Shown here piece by piece: positions 42,904 through 52,573 of a DNA stretch of 64,000 bases (positions are counted from its first letter, which is position 1; every line of letters begins with the position of its first letter). Under the pieces are notes generated by a model that saw nothing but the letters and a program-made list of their open reading frames with translations, was not told where the DNA came from and ran no database searches. A program made the position numbers and the translations under genes. Where the stretch lies: assembly GCA_012813795.1 (NCBI GenBank), contig GCA_012813795.1_4087.1. One strand, given 5' to 3'. This stretch comes from a phage.

Positions 42904-44514
42904 TCACCCATCAATAGTTTTCCATGAACCATTAACTAAAATTTGCAAATATTTATAGTATACACCACCAATGTTATCAGCAGAGTTTTTACCAACATCC
43001 TGCACAATTATACCACTAAGCATTGCACCAGATGGACAGATGAAAGTCCAAGATATTTCGTTGTGGCCTGGATTAAATAATTTTTGCTCAATATAGCGGG
43101 CATCTTGTACTGAACCGGTAGTGATTGTTACATTACCATTACCATCTGCCCATGCACCATTAACTGTTCTCACGATAGGTTTACCACCAACAGATGCGGA
43201 ATTGGCATTAACTGTTAATGAACCTGGAATATACAAAGAACCACCACTGTTAACTGTTACAGCACCACCACCAGCACGAAGTCTTAGTTCATTACCTTGG
43301 AAGTATACTGCGGCACGTTCACCACCACTAGCGTTCTGGAAGAATAAGTACAAATCACCACCACCACGAATACCAGCACGGTTAGCAATGTATAATTCAC
43401 CAGACATTGTATCACCAGTTTTACGAACAAAACGATCATTTGCAGTATTTTCGCTCATCGCAACTGATGGTTCGGAAATGTTATACAAAATTGCAGTGTT
43501 AAAGTGTGGTACGTCAATACCTGTTACTGTATGGTTATGGGTAATTGTACGTGCGTTCGCATCATCATAAATTGGTTGTGAAGTTGATAATGCAGTTGCT
43601 GCATTGTTACCATCTACACTAAATTCCATACGGGCATTCTTATCACCAAAGATTGCTGGACCACGATAGCCTCTACCATCATTCCATGCTCTACCACTAA
43701 TGAAAACAGCATCATCTGCATCACTACCGTTAGTACCTAGCATTTTACCAGTTCCATGAATATGGTCTGGAATAGTGAAAGTACTCGGTGTTAATGAACC
43801 ACCACCTGCAATAATTGCGTCAGTTTTGGTTATACCACTAGTGGTGATACTTCTTAAATATCCATCACGGTTCAAGTTTGGTACTTGTTTGGTTATTGTA
43901 CCATTAGCACCTTGCCACTGCCACCACATACCATCAGCAAAACACCAACCATCGGATGTTTTCCACGGTTTAGCTTGGGAGCCGTCACGACCACTCTGTC
44001 CACCAGTACTACCCGACATTTGTTCACGTATACTAGCAACGGTTTGTCCAGATGTCAAGCTATAATGCATAATACATCCAGGTTTAGCACTCGTGTACAA
44101 ACCATTAGCACCTTGAATTGATGAAGGTGTTGGGAATATAATATTCAATGTAGTTCCGCTAATAGAAGCAGTTGGAATTGATGACATTGAATAGGTTACT
44201 CTATCAACCTTAGTTCCAAGTATAGAATTGATATCCTGAATCTGTTGTTCAATTGGTGCAACTACATCGGCAGCACTTAACATTTCAATCCAGTTAGTAC
44301 CATCATGATACTTCAAAGTAAGAGTGTTTTTGTCAAATACTATCGCCCCTGCTTCACCAACAGGTAAATCCTGAACAGGTAGTATTACCGATGAAGAATT
44401 CATTCTAATTGGTCGAGGATTAGTTGGTGTACCACCTAGTACTATTAGATTCAATGAACCATTTTCCGCAGTACTGGTTACAGTATTCTGTGGATGATTA
44501 AAACTTATGCTCAT
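42904..44514 (-). CDS. tail fibre protein
   Basis: G/S/T/N-rich beta-type composition with H.H motifs (IPDHIHGTG, HNHTVTG) as in T4 gp12/gp37 tips. Confidence 0.6.
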   Translation of the reverse strand: MSISFNHPQNTVTSTAENGSLNLIVLGGTPTNPRPIRMNSSSVILPVQDLPVGEAGAIVFDKNTLTLKYHDGTNWIEMLSAADVVAPIEQQIQDINSILGTKVDRVTYSMSSIPTASISGTTLNIIFPTPSSIQGANGLYTSAKPGCIMHYSLTSGQTVASIREQMSGSTGGQSGRDGSQAKPWKTSDGWCFADGMWWQWQGANGTITKQVPNLNRDGYLRSITTSGITKTDAIIAGGGSLTPSTFTIPDHIHGTGKMLGTNGSDADDAVFISGRAWNDGRGYRGPAIFGDKNARMEFSVDGNNAATALSTSQPIYDDANARTITHNHTVTGIDVPHFNTAILYNISEPSVAMSENTANDRFVRKTGDTMSGELYIANRAGIRGGGDLYLFFQNASGGERAAVYFQGNELRLRAGGGAVTVNSGGSLYIPGSLTVNANSASVGGKPIVRTVNGAWADGNGNVTITTGSVQDARYIEQKLFNPGHNEISWTFICPSGAMLSGIIVQDVGKNSADNIGGVYYKYLQILVNGSWKTIDG

Positions 44515-44554
44515 GTAAAAATCCTTTTTTGTTTAATATATATCATATTTATAT

Positions 44555-44863
44555 CTATAGTAAATCATTTTCCATATCATCCAATACGGAATCAATAATA
44601 TTTGCAGCTAACTTTTTAGGCATCTTGAACCATTCAGAGTTAGGTTGCCTTGTTGCATTCATTTGCTTTAATCTCTTATGCACTTCCTTTTCTGCTGTTC
44701 GTGCATCGTCAAACATAACCTGATGGTATACCTCAAAATCCCTGAATGGTGAAGCAGTCTGGTAAACACCTAAACGCTCTTTCATCTCTGATTTTGTAGT
44801 GAAGCCTATCTTTACATATTCAGGCCATGCACTATTAGTGATTACATAACATATTTGTGACAT
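44555..44863 (-). CDS. T5orf172 / GIY-YIG-like domain protein (102 aa)
   Basis: ICYVITN....YVKIGFTT.....R......ASP.........EWF fits the T5orf172 pattern. Confidence 0.5.
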   Translation of the reverse strand: MSQICYVITNSAWPEYVKIGFTTKSEMKERLGVYQTASPFRDFEVYHQVMFDDARTAEKEVHKRLKQMNATRQPNSEWFKMPKKLAANIIDSVLDDMENDLL

Positions 44864-44893
44864 AGATATCTCCTAGTATGGAGATATTTATTA

Positions 44894-45244
44894 TTAACTA
44901 ATTCTGAAGTTTACACCCGCATCTATCAGGCGTTGAAATGGATTTTGAGGATCAAACTCGGATGGGGTTTTAGGAGTGTTCAGTACTGGAGCATCAGCAT
45001 GTAACTTCGACATGCGTTCTTTGTATTTGTCAATATATTCTTCATACAACATGTCTTCTGAATCAGTACTCAATATATCTTCTATAAAATGATCAGTACT
45101 GTAATCCAGACGATCATCATTGTAATACAACGTCTCCGTAGCCTCATCATAACCCACCAACGTTCCATAAGGAACATTGATCTCAATTTTTGAGTACTGA
45201 CTCTTTAAGTACTCTTCTTTTTTAAAAATGTATACAGTTAACAT
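44894..45244 (-). CDS. hypothetical protein (116 aa)
   Basis: ORF. Confidence 0.5.
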   Translation of the reverse strand: MLTVYIFKKEEYLKSQYSKIEINVPYGTLVGYDEATETLYYNDDRLDYSTDHFIEDILSTDSEDMLYEEYIDKYKERMSKLHADAPVLNTPKTPSEFDPQNPFQRLIDAGVNFRIS

Positions 45245-45268
45245 AGTGAAAGCTTCCCTGCTTAGTGT

Positions 45269-46381
45269 TTATTCAAATGTATTTACAATCTCCAGTACTG
45301 TTTCAAGATACTTAGCATCAAAAGTTTCTGTGAATCCTGATGGCAACTCTTCAGTACTTACTACACCACTATCAATGTATTGTTTCAAAAACTTTTCCAG
45401 TACTAATGGTTTATGTCCATCTTCAAAGTAACGTTCTACCAGTACAGTGTGTTTAAAATCAGAATGACGACTTTGCTCATTTACACGGCGTTTCATATCG
45501 CCAGTGATTCCATACTTGTACACTGTCTTATCTTTATTAGTTAGTTTTTGAACATAGAAATATCCAGGTTTTGATGGCTGATATCCGTATTCACCACAAC
45601 CAGGACATCCCCTACCAGCAATGTGGGATTTTGGTGACTGTTGAAATATGCCATGTGTAGGACACGTTATTTTTACTGGAACAATACTACTTTCATACTC
45701 TACCGTACTGTAATCATACTTGTGACCATGAACTAGTTTTGCTTCAGAAATAAATTGTTCTGTTGTTCTTCCACCTTTACCAGAACATACACCACAACCT
45801 GATTTACCAAGTATCAATGTTTTTGGATCAACTTCCCAATCATGTTTCCCTTCATTACAATGTACTGTTACTTTAGTTGCTCTGTTAACATACTTTGTTT
45901 TTGAGAAACTAAGTTTATCACCATAGTTACGTTTGACAATTTTTATAAATTCGTCATTTGTATGCACAGTATTAATATTACAAACGTTACACCCAGCACC
46001 AGTTAATAACTTGTTCGGTGTTATGTCAAAATACCCACCATGTTCAGTACAGAATATTGAAACTTTAGTTTTTGCATTTACATAATTCAATTTATCAAAT
46101 TTAAATTTGTCAGCACCAAATTTTTTTTCAACTTTAGAAATGAAATCATCATTGTTTGAACGCTGTGACATGTTACTGTAACAATTTGAACATGTACATG
46201 AAATATGACGAATCGCTGATTTTGTATTTTCAATACCACATTTATTACATTTTAATGTAGTTTTACTTGATTTAAAAATCATTGAATCAAAATCAAACTC
46301 ACCATACATTCCGTATTTTTTAATCATATTTTCTTTAAAGTTTTTAATTAACATTTTATTCATCTCGGTGATTGTCTTCAA
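45269..46381 (-). CDS. putative homing-endonuclease-like protein: zinc-ribbon repeats plus C-terminal T5orf172/GIY-YIG-like domain
   Basis: N-terminal CxxC...CxxC, three ~45-aa repeats (KYxYS.V.Y.....K[VI].[VI].C..HG.F...P..H..G.GC..C), then GYFYV...VYKYGIT....R. Confidence 0.5.
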   Translation of the reverse strand: MKTITEMNKMLIKNFKENMIKKYGMYGEFDFDSMIFKSSKTTLKCNKCGIENTKSAIRHISCTCSNCYSNMSQRSNNDDFISKVEKKFGADKFKFDKLNYVNAKTKVSIFCTEHGGYFDITPNKLLTGAGCNVCNINTVHTNDEFIKIVKRNYGDKLSFSKTKYVNRATKVTVHCNEGKHDWEVDPKTLILGKSGCGVCSGKGGRTTEQFISEAKLVHGHKYDYSTVEYESSIVPVKITCPTHGIFQQSPKSHIAGRGCPGCGEYGYQPSKPGYFYVQKLTNKDKTVYKYGITGDMKRRVNEQSRHSDFKHTVLVERYFEDGHKPLVLEKFLKQYIDSGVVSTEELPSGFTETFDAKYLETVLEIVNTFE

Positions 46382-46477
46382 TGTGATAATTATATATAAT
46401 TAAATTTACCATGTCAAGCTTTTTTGTAAAAGAAAAGGGACTCCGAAGAGTCCCTAGTATATTTAAATTCTTTGTTA

Positions 46478-47653
46478 TTACATGAAAGTAACGTTTTTGA
46501 TAGCGATTTTGCTGTAGTAGTCAGCAGCATTACCCAAACTTGAAGTTGAGTCAGTGAGTTGCACGTAGCCATAGCGTGTTAAAAATGTCGTGACCAATTC
46601 TCCAGTGTTAGGGTCCATTACAGTACCAGAAGCCATTAGTGGGATGTATGGGCAATAGAATACACCAGCATCAGTTTCTGCATTACCTTTATAACCAATT
46701 AGAATATCTTCTACATCTGAGGCGTAAGTATCGACAAATATACGCATGGTGCTGTTTAGAGTACCAACGAATTTAACGTTAGTTGGTGCTTCAAAAGTAC
46801 CTTCAGTAGTACGTGCAAAGCTGGAAGTAGTTGCAGACTGTAGAATGGTTAGAGCAGTTGGGGAAACAACAGCCCAGTTCGCAGCACCACGTTTGGTACG
46901 ACGAGCAACTTCGTTCGCTTGACGGTTGATTAGGGTAGCTAGAGCAGCGTGCTCATCACCTACGAAGGTTGCAACGCCAGTAACTTTAGATTGGTCATAA
47001 GTTACAGCAGCAGCACCAGGTAGTGCACGTAGACGGCTTAGTAGCTCTTGGTCGATTTCAACGGTAACTTCTTGAGCGATAGCAGCCATTAGTTCAGCTT
47101 CAACGTCGATACCATGTTGAGATTGTGCATCTTGTGCAGATTCAACAGTCCAACGTGCAGATAGACGACGAGATTTCGCTTCAACAGTTTCACGTAGGAT
47201 ACGGATGTTAACGCGACGACCCATAGTACCTTCTAGTTGGCTAGTAGGAGCAGCTTGTGGGTTACTGTTGTCAGAGTTTAGCTCACCAGTGTAAGATTTA
47301 GCAATCTTGAATGGAGATAGCATTTCTTCGCCAGCTACAACACCTGGTGCGTTGTCAGCGTATTGAACACGTAGAGTGTGGATTTGACCAACTGGGCCAG
47401 TCATTGGTTGAACACCGATGATTTCGTTAGCGATAACGGTTGGCATTACACGACGCATAATTGGTAGAATCACTTTGTTTAGAGTAGCGATGTTACCAGC
47501 AGAAGTTGCACCAGAGGTTGCAGATTCTTGTAGCATAACTTTGCGATGGTTATCAAGTACGGTTTCCATTACAGATTTACGAGTACCTTGAAGACCTTCA
47601 ACTAGTTTCTCTTTAACTGCTACCCATTTGGATTCATTTAGTAGTTGTGACAT
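46478..47653 (-). CDS. 23: major capsid protein (gp23-like)
   Basis: LNKVILPIMRRVMPTVIANEIIGVQPMTGPVGQIHTLRVQY matches the conserved gp23 block; strong codon bias. Confidence 0.85.
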   Translation of the reverse strand: MSQLLNESKWVAVKEKLVEGLQGTRKSVMETVLDNHRKVMLQESATSGATSAGNIATLNKVILPIMRRVMPTVIANEIIGVQPMTGPVGQIHTLRVQYADNAPGVVAGEEMLSPFKIAKSYTGELNSDNSNPQAAPTSQLEGTMGRRVNIRILRETVEAKSRRLSARWTVESAQDAQSQHGIDVEAELMAAIAQEVTVEIDQELLSRLRALPGAAAVTYDQSKVTGVATFVGDEHAALATLINRQANEVARRTKRGAANWAVVSPTALTILQSATTSSFARTTEGTFEAPTNVKFVGTLNSTMRIFVDTYASDVEDILIGYKGNAETDAGVFYCPYIPLMASGTVMDPNTGELVTTFLTRYGYVQLTDSTSSLGNAADYYSKIAIKNVTFM

Positions 47654-47745
47654 TATATTATCTCCTTAAAGATGTTATATTCGTTTTTCAGTATGTTATT
47701 ATTTATGGTACTGAAAAAATTGATTATTAAAATGCTTTAAAATGT

Positions 47746-48864
47746 TTATTTTTTATTGATACCAGAAAGAACGTCGAGTTCTTTTAGGAATGCCATATCG
47801 TCAGCGGTCATTTCTTCGCTTTCAACAATAGCCTGACGGTTGCCAGTGATTACTTTACCTTCTGCTAGGGTTGTTTTCTTCGCTGAAGGTTGAACTGCTT
47901 GACGAGTGGTAGCAGATTCATTTACTTTAGTACCGTTAAGTACAGACTTATGGTACTTGCTGAAATCTTCTTTAAGCTTTTCTGTTGGAGAAGCAGCTAG
48001 AAGGGATTCCATAATTTGTTTTTGTTGACTAGTCAAAGGCTTAACCAATTCAGACATAATCGCATTGCGTGCCTGTGTATCTTCCATGATACGTAGTTTT
48101 GATTGAACTTCTTTAACTGCGTTAACAGATTCATTTAGTTCTTGTTTAACTTGAGCAATCTCATCTTCTTTAGATTTGATTGATTCAGTCAAAGAACGAA
48201 GTAGTGAATTCTCATTAAATTGTTTGGTATTAAATTCTTGAGCAAATGCTTCAAAGATTTTACGACCGAACATATTTTGTTTAGCTTCAGCAAGATCTTG
48301 TTTCAAAGCGTAAAGATTTTTCTGAGTGGTTTCTGCAATATATTTAGCAGCACTTTCAGAGGTACGTTTGATAAAGTTATTACGTGCTTCTGCAATTTGA
48401 CGAGAACCTTCAGCAAGTAGTTTTACACGAGCTTCTACTAGTTGACGTTTTTCGCTGTGGAATTCTTTTAGTTCTTCAGCTAGGATACCGTTAGAGAAAT
48501 TAACGAATTTACCGAGGCTTTCTTGAACTAGTTTACGTTCGTTACGCATTTGTTTAACTTCTTCAGCTAGTACTGAATTAGCGAATTCAGAGAAGTTACC
48601 AAGAGTTTTACGGAGGGTAACGCGGTCTTCAACGAGACGTTTTTTCTCGTCATATACTGCACCCATTTCTTCAGCGATAACTTGAGTAACCATAGTGTTA
48701 AGACCTTCTGTTAGTTCAGCTAGGTCTTGTTTATAACGGCCTTTCATTTCTTCACGCATTTCAGCGGCTAGTGTGTTCTTTTCTTCATTCCATGCTTCCT
48801 GAATTAGCTGTTTTGCTTCATCAGAAAGAGATGATTCTTTTAGAAGCTTTTCTAATTTAGACAT
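47746..48864 (-). CDS. 22: prohead scaffold protein (gp22-like)
   Basis: Long coiled-coil, K/E/Q-rich protein between the protease and capsid genes. Confidence 0.6.
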   Translation of the reverse strand: MSKLEKLLKESSLSDEAKQLIQEAWNEEKNTLAAEMREEMKGRYKQDLAELTEGLNTMVTQVIAEEMGAVYDEKKRLVEDRVTLRKTLGNFSEFANSVLAEEVKQMRNERKLVQESLGKFVNFSNGILAEELKEFHSEKRQLVEARVKLLAEGSRQIAEARNNFIKRTSESAAKYIAETTQKNLYALKQDLAEAKQNMFGRKIFEAFAQEFNTKQFNENSLLRSLTESIKSKEDEIAQVKQELNESVNAVKEVQSKLRIMEDTQARNAIMSELVKPLTSQQKQIMESLLAASPTEKLKEDFSKYHKSVLNGTKVNESATTRQAVQPSAKKTTLAEGKVITGNRQAIVESEEMTADDMAFLKELDVLSGINKK

Positions 48865-48913
48865 TCTGTTCTCTCCTTTAAGTACTGAAATATCTGTACT
48901 TCAAATATACAAA

Positions 48914-48921
48914 TATTTATA
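48914..48921 (-). promoter_or_regulatory. late promoter (TATAAATA)
   Basis: Exact TATAAATA on the minus strand about 50 nt upstream of the scaffold start. Confidence 0.45.
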
Positions 48922-48932
48922 ATTTTAAAATG

Positions 48933-49553
48933 TTAACCTTTTAATTTCTTGAAAAAATCATAAATTTCAGAATCTAGTTTATTTACTGATTTAGATTCTG
49001 CGATTTTTTTAGGTCCATTGCAAGGTGAGCCGTACTTACTCATCAAAGACTCAAATACCGCTGTTGGGTACGCTTCGGGAGCACTAGGTTGAGCAACAAT
49101 ATCAATTGTGATAATTTCGAAATCAGAAACTATTCCATTATAATCAACGTTACCGGAACCACGAGAACTTACACCAAGTTTTACACCTGCTTCGAGCATT
49201 TTACGAATATTTTGACCATGTGCAGTATCAAGTAATTTGATTTCTGCCATCCCATTAGAACCTTCCATCCAGACTTTAGTAATCATTGCTGCTACACGGT
49301 CAAGGTTAATAGTCAAAGTTTCAGGGTGGTCACATTCTACTAGAATGCTTTCGCCTTTAGCCAAACGTTGAGCCATATTATTAACAGCTTTAGCAATTTC
49401 GGCTAAAGGGTAAATTCTTTCGTTCAAATTACGCTGGTCAGCTTGAATTGCGATACCACGAAGATAGCAATCGCGACCTCCCAGCCCATTTTCACGATGT
49501 TCCATAACAATTTGTGAATCATTGAATGAAGACCATTCACGAATCATACTCAT
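48933..49553 (-). CDS. 21: prohead core protease (gp21-like)
   Basis: ILVECDHPETL resembles the gp21 GELDHP active-site region. Confidence 0.7.
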   Translation of the reverse strand: MSMIREWSSFNDSQIVMEHRENGLGGRDCYLRGIAIQADQRNLNERIYPLAEIAKAVNNMAQRLAKGESILVECDHPETLTINLDRVAAMITKVWMEGSNGMAEIKLLDTAHGQNIRKMLEAGVKLGVSSRGSGNVDYNGIVSDFEIITIDIVAQPSAPEAYPTAVFESLMSKYGSPCNGPKKIAESKSVNKLDSEIYDFFKKLKG

Positions 49554-49583
49554 AATGATCTCCTTTCTTTGTTTTATTTATTA

Positions 49584-50438
49584 TTAGAATTTTGGTTGTG
49601 ATTTTGGTAGTGGGGAACGAGACTTAGAAGAACCAGTGGTTACTTTCTTAACGTCTTTCATTACGCCTTTGCCGCTATCCATAACATTATTCATGTCGTC
49701 TGGTACAGTGTGAGATTCAGTGTCTACGCCATCAAATTTGTCATCAACTACTGGAGTTGAGCTTTTAGCGATTTTTACTGGAGCTACGCCTTGTACTGGA
49801 GATTTAGCTTGGGAAGCGACTGGGGATTTAGTATTTGCACCAGCTTTTTCTTTCTTATCAACATCAGCAACTGCTTTTAGTTTGAAAGACTCACCAACTT
49901 TTTCATCACCGAATTGAACATCAGCAAAATCATCACCGCCGTCTTCGGAACCAACTTCTAGATCAACTTCTTCTTCGCCACCTACTGGTTCTTCAGCGTC
50001 TAGGTCAACTTCACCTTCGCCGGAGATTTCATCAAACATTTGTTGTAGGCCACGGAAAGCATCTTGAATGGAAGCCCATTGGTCTTCGGAAGGGACTTCT
50101 TCACCTTCTGCACCAACTTCACCTTCAGAATCTTCTTCACCAGCTTGGAATTCGATATCATCTTCAGCACTCTTGTCTTCTTCACCAAGAGAATATTCGA
50201 TTTGACTATTAAGACCAGCATCTGGGGAAACGTCGAAGTCTTCTTCTAGTTTCTCTTCTTTGTCGTCTTCATCGCAGCATTCTTCGTCGTCCATGCTTTC
50301 TTCTAGTTCTTTGTTAATTTCTTGTGCTTGTTCAACAAAGTACTTACGCATTTTTTTATCAGCTACATCTTGCTCGCCGTTAGCAAAAGCTTCGATTGCT
50401 TCTTGTAGTAGTTTTAAATTAGCCATTATATCCTCCAA
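49584..50438 (-). CDS. highly acidic prohead core / internal-protein-like protein
   Basis: D/E-rich 284-aa protein inside the head module. Confidence 0.4.
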   Translation of the reverse strand: MEDIMANLKLLQEAIEAFANGEQDVADKKMRKYFVEQAQEINKELEESMDDEECCDEDDKEEKLEEDFDVSPDAGLNSQIEYSLGEEDKSAEDDIEFQAGEEDSEGEVGAEGEEVPSEDQWASIQDAFRGLQQMFDEISGEGEVDLDAEEPVGGEEEVDLEVGSEDGGDDFADVQFGDEKVGESFKLKAVADVDKKEKAGANTKSPVASQAKSPVQGVAPVKIAKSSTPVVDDKFDGVDTESHTVPDDMNNVMDSGKGVMKDVKKVTTGSSKSRSPLPKSQPKF

Positions 50439-50530
50439 AGATATATTTAATTCCTATAAAGTATGATATTATTTAGTACTGAAAAAATTCGTCATTTTTA
50501 AAAGCTTAAAAAATAGCGATTTTTAAGGTA

Positions 50531-50818
50531 TTACATCATTCCGGCATTCGCATCGGGTGCTGGTGCTGGAGCATAAACAACAGCGACTACATTATTTCTA
50601 CGCTGTTCTTCATTTGCTTTAAATTCTCTGTACTTACGCAAATTGTTAAGTACTTGCAATGTGAGTTTGGGTTTTCTGGAATCCGTAATTTTATATACGG
50701 TCTGATCATCTTCAGGGTCGTACATAGAATCAGAATTCGATTCAAAGATATCCTTTAACATGCTATCTCCTTGCATTAATATGAAGGGAATTTTTACGTT
50801 CCCTTCATTTATATACAT
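50531..50818 (-). CDS. small head-module protein (95 aa)
   Basis: ORF between the portal and the acidic protein; position corresponds to small prohead core proteins. Confidence 0.35.
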   Translation of the reverse strand: MYINEGNVKIPFILMQGDSMLKDIFESNSDSMYDPEDDQTVYKITDSRKPKLTLQVLNNLRKYREFKANEEQRRNNVVAVVYAPAPAPDANAGMM

Positions 50819-50830
50819 TGTTATTTATTA

Positions 50831-52558
50831 TTAAAAAGATTCACCTAAATTATTAGGGTCAAAAGAGCCATTTCCTTGCTGATTTTGGTATTCAGCGTCC
50901 GCACTTTCAAGATTACCTTCTGCATCCAATCCTAGGTCCATACCAGGGTCATTAGGGGAGTCGATACCAACTGACTGTAATCCAGCAACATCTTCTTGAT
51001 GTGGTGCATTAGAATCTTGTGGATTCTCTTGTAGCCATAGCTGTTCGTTTTTAACAATATCTTTCTGGGAGAAGCCCATTTTTTCAAGGATAGTTTGTTT
51101 AGCCATATATGGTAATTCATTAAGTGGCATATAAGTATTAATGAGTTTCGCATCCAATTCTGCCTTACGATACGAAGCTAAGTTAATTGGTGGATTCATA
51201 ATAACTTCAAAAGAAGAAGTACTAATGTTATATCCGCTTTTTACCATGAAACGCTTAAATTCAGCATCGAAAATTTTTGCTACTAGACGCTGATAACGCA
51301 TACATTGGTTATTAAAACGTAATTCACTTGCCATTGCTTGAGTTGCACCATCACCGAATAGTGATACACCACCGTCATCTGGGCCTTGTGGAAGGTAAGA
51401 TGCAGGTATTTGCAATCCGCGAATTAGTTTATTGTTGAAATATCTCAAGTCATCAATCTGACCCAAGTTATCGCCGCCAGGTAGTGTTTGAACATCTGAA
51501 CCACGACCTTCTGAAGTTTGTGGGAAGAAGTAGTCTTCCAGAATACTTAGTGGGTTATATGCTGCATCCATCAATGAAGTACTACCACCTTTATTAGAAG
51601 GTATACGTCTTTGGTGGATTTCATTTTTAAAGCGTTCAACATAGGCCATTGCTTGGTGAGTTTGCATATCCCCAACATCAATTTTGAATACACGGCGTTC
51701 TGGAGCACGTTGTACACGATAGATAATAATACTATCTTCAAGAAGTTCTTTTTGTTTGTAGACTTTAAAGACATCTTCTAGTATACTTGTACCGAAAGGC
51801 CAAACTCCATCTTGTCCTGTATTTAGTGACAGATGAATTACGTGTTCTGCACCGACTGGTAGGATATCCATACGACCACTGGTATTAAATGGATCGGAAC
51901 TATTACCTTGGTTGGTAAAGCCGGATGCACCACCTGCTGCAACTTGACCACCACCACCTAATGTATTAGGTACTGCACCTGGGTATGAAGCTTTATCGAA
52001 ACCAATTTGAAGGTTACTAAAAACTTTATCTTTAAGGTTAAGAGATACATCTCTTATGTAGTATATTACTGGAGTTTTTCCGGTTGCTTCGTTAACAAAA
52101 ACCTGTTCGACATTTTTTGGGTTCACCCAATACCAGTCGAATGTTTCGGGATCACGAATAAAGAACTGGTCACCGTACTTAAGTAGTCCGCGAACAATTT
52201 CATACATTCTTGTTTTGAAATCATTCTGTTCGGTCCATGCATCTAAGCGATCTTCAATAGTGGTTACTTCCGTATCACCAATATTATCTTTATATTTAAT
52301 TTTATATGGTAGACCAAAATCTTCAGTACTCTGTGTACAAAAGTCAGCAATAATGTTTAGTGCCGTTCTGATTTCTGGGTCTTGATCCATCTGGTCGTAT
52401 TGACTGTAACGGTCAGTACGGTTTGCTAATCCATTATAAACCACCGGAAGGTAGGAAGCAAAATTAGTTTTGCTCCCAGTGGATTTATTACTATTGGATT
52501 GCTGGGGTACGATCGATAATTTTGATCTTCCCATAGTCATGTGACGTTTCCAACTCAT
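50831..52558 (-). CDS. 20: portal vertex protein (gp20-like)
   Basis: IIYRVQRAPERRVFKIDVGDM...LPGGDNLGQIDDLRYF matches the T4 gp20 core. Confidence 0.85.
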   Translation of the reverse strand: MSWKRHMTMGRSKLSIVPQQSNSNKSTGSKTNFASYLPVVYNGLANRTDRYSQYDQMDQDPEIRTALNIIADFCTQSTEDFGLPYKIKYKDNIGDTEVTTIEDRLDAWTEQNDFKTRMYEIVRGLLKYGDQFFIRDPETFDWYWVNPKNVEQVFVNEATGKTPVIYYIRDVSLNLKDKVFSNLQIGFDKASYPGAVPNTLGGGGQVAAGGASGFTNQGNSSDPFNTSGRMDILPVGAEHVIHLSLNTGQDGVWPFGTSILEDVFKVYKQKELLEDSIIIYRVQRAPERRVFKIDVGDMQTHQAMAYVERFKNEIHQRRIPSNKGGSTSLMDAAYNPLSILEDYFFPQTSEGRGSDVQTLPGGDNLGQIDDLRYFNNKLIRGLQIPASYLPQGPDDGGVSLFGDGATQAMASELRFNNQCMRYQRLVAKIFDAEFKRFMVKSGYNISTSSFEVIMNPPINLASYRKAELDAKLINTYMPLNELPYMAKQTILEKMGFSQKDIVKNEQLWLQENPQDSNAPHQEDVAGLQSVGIDSPNDPGMDLGLDAEGNLESADAEYQNQQGNGSFDPNNLGESF

Positions 52559-52573
52559 TATATTATTAATCCT

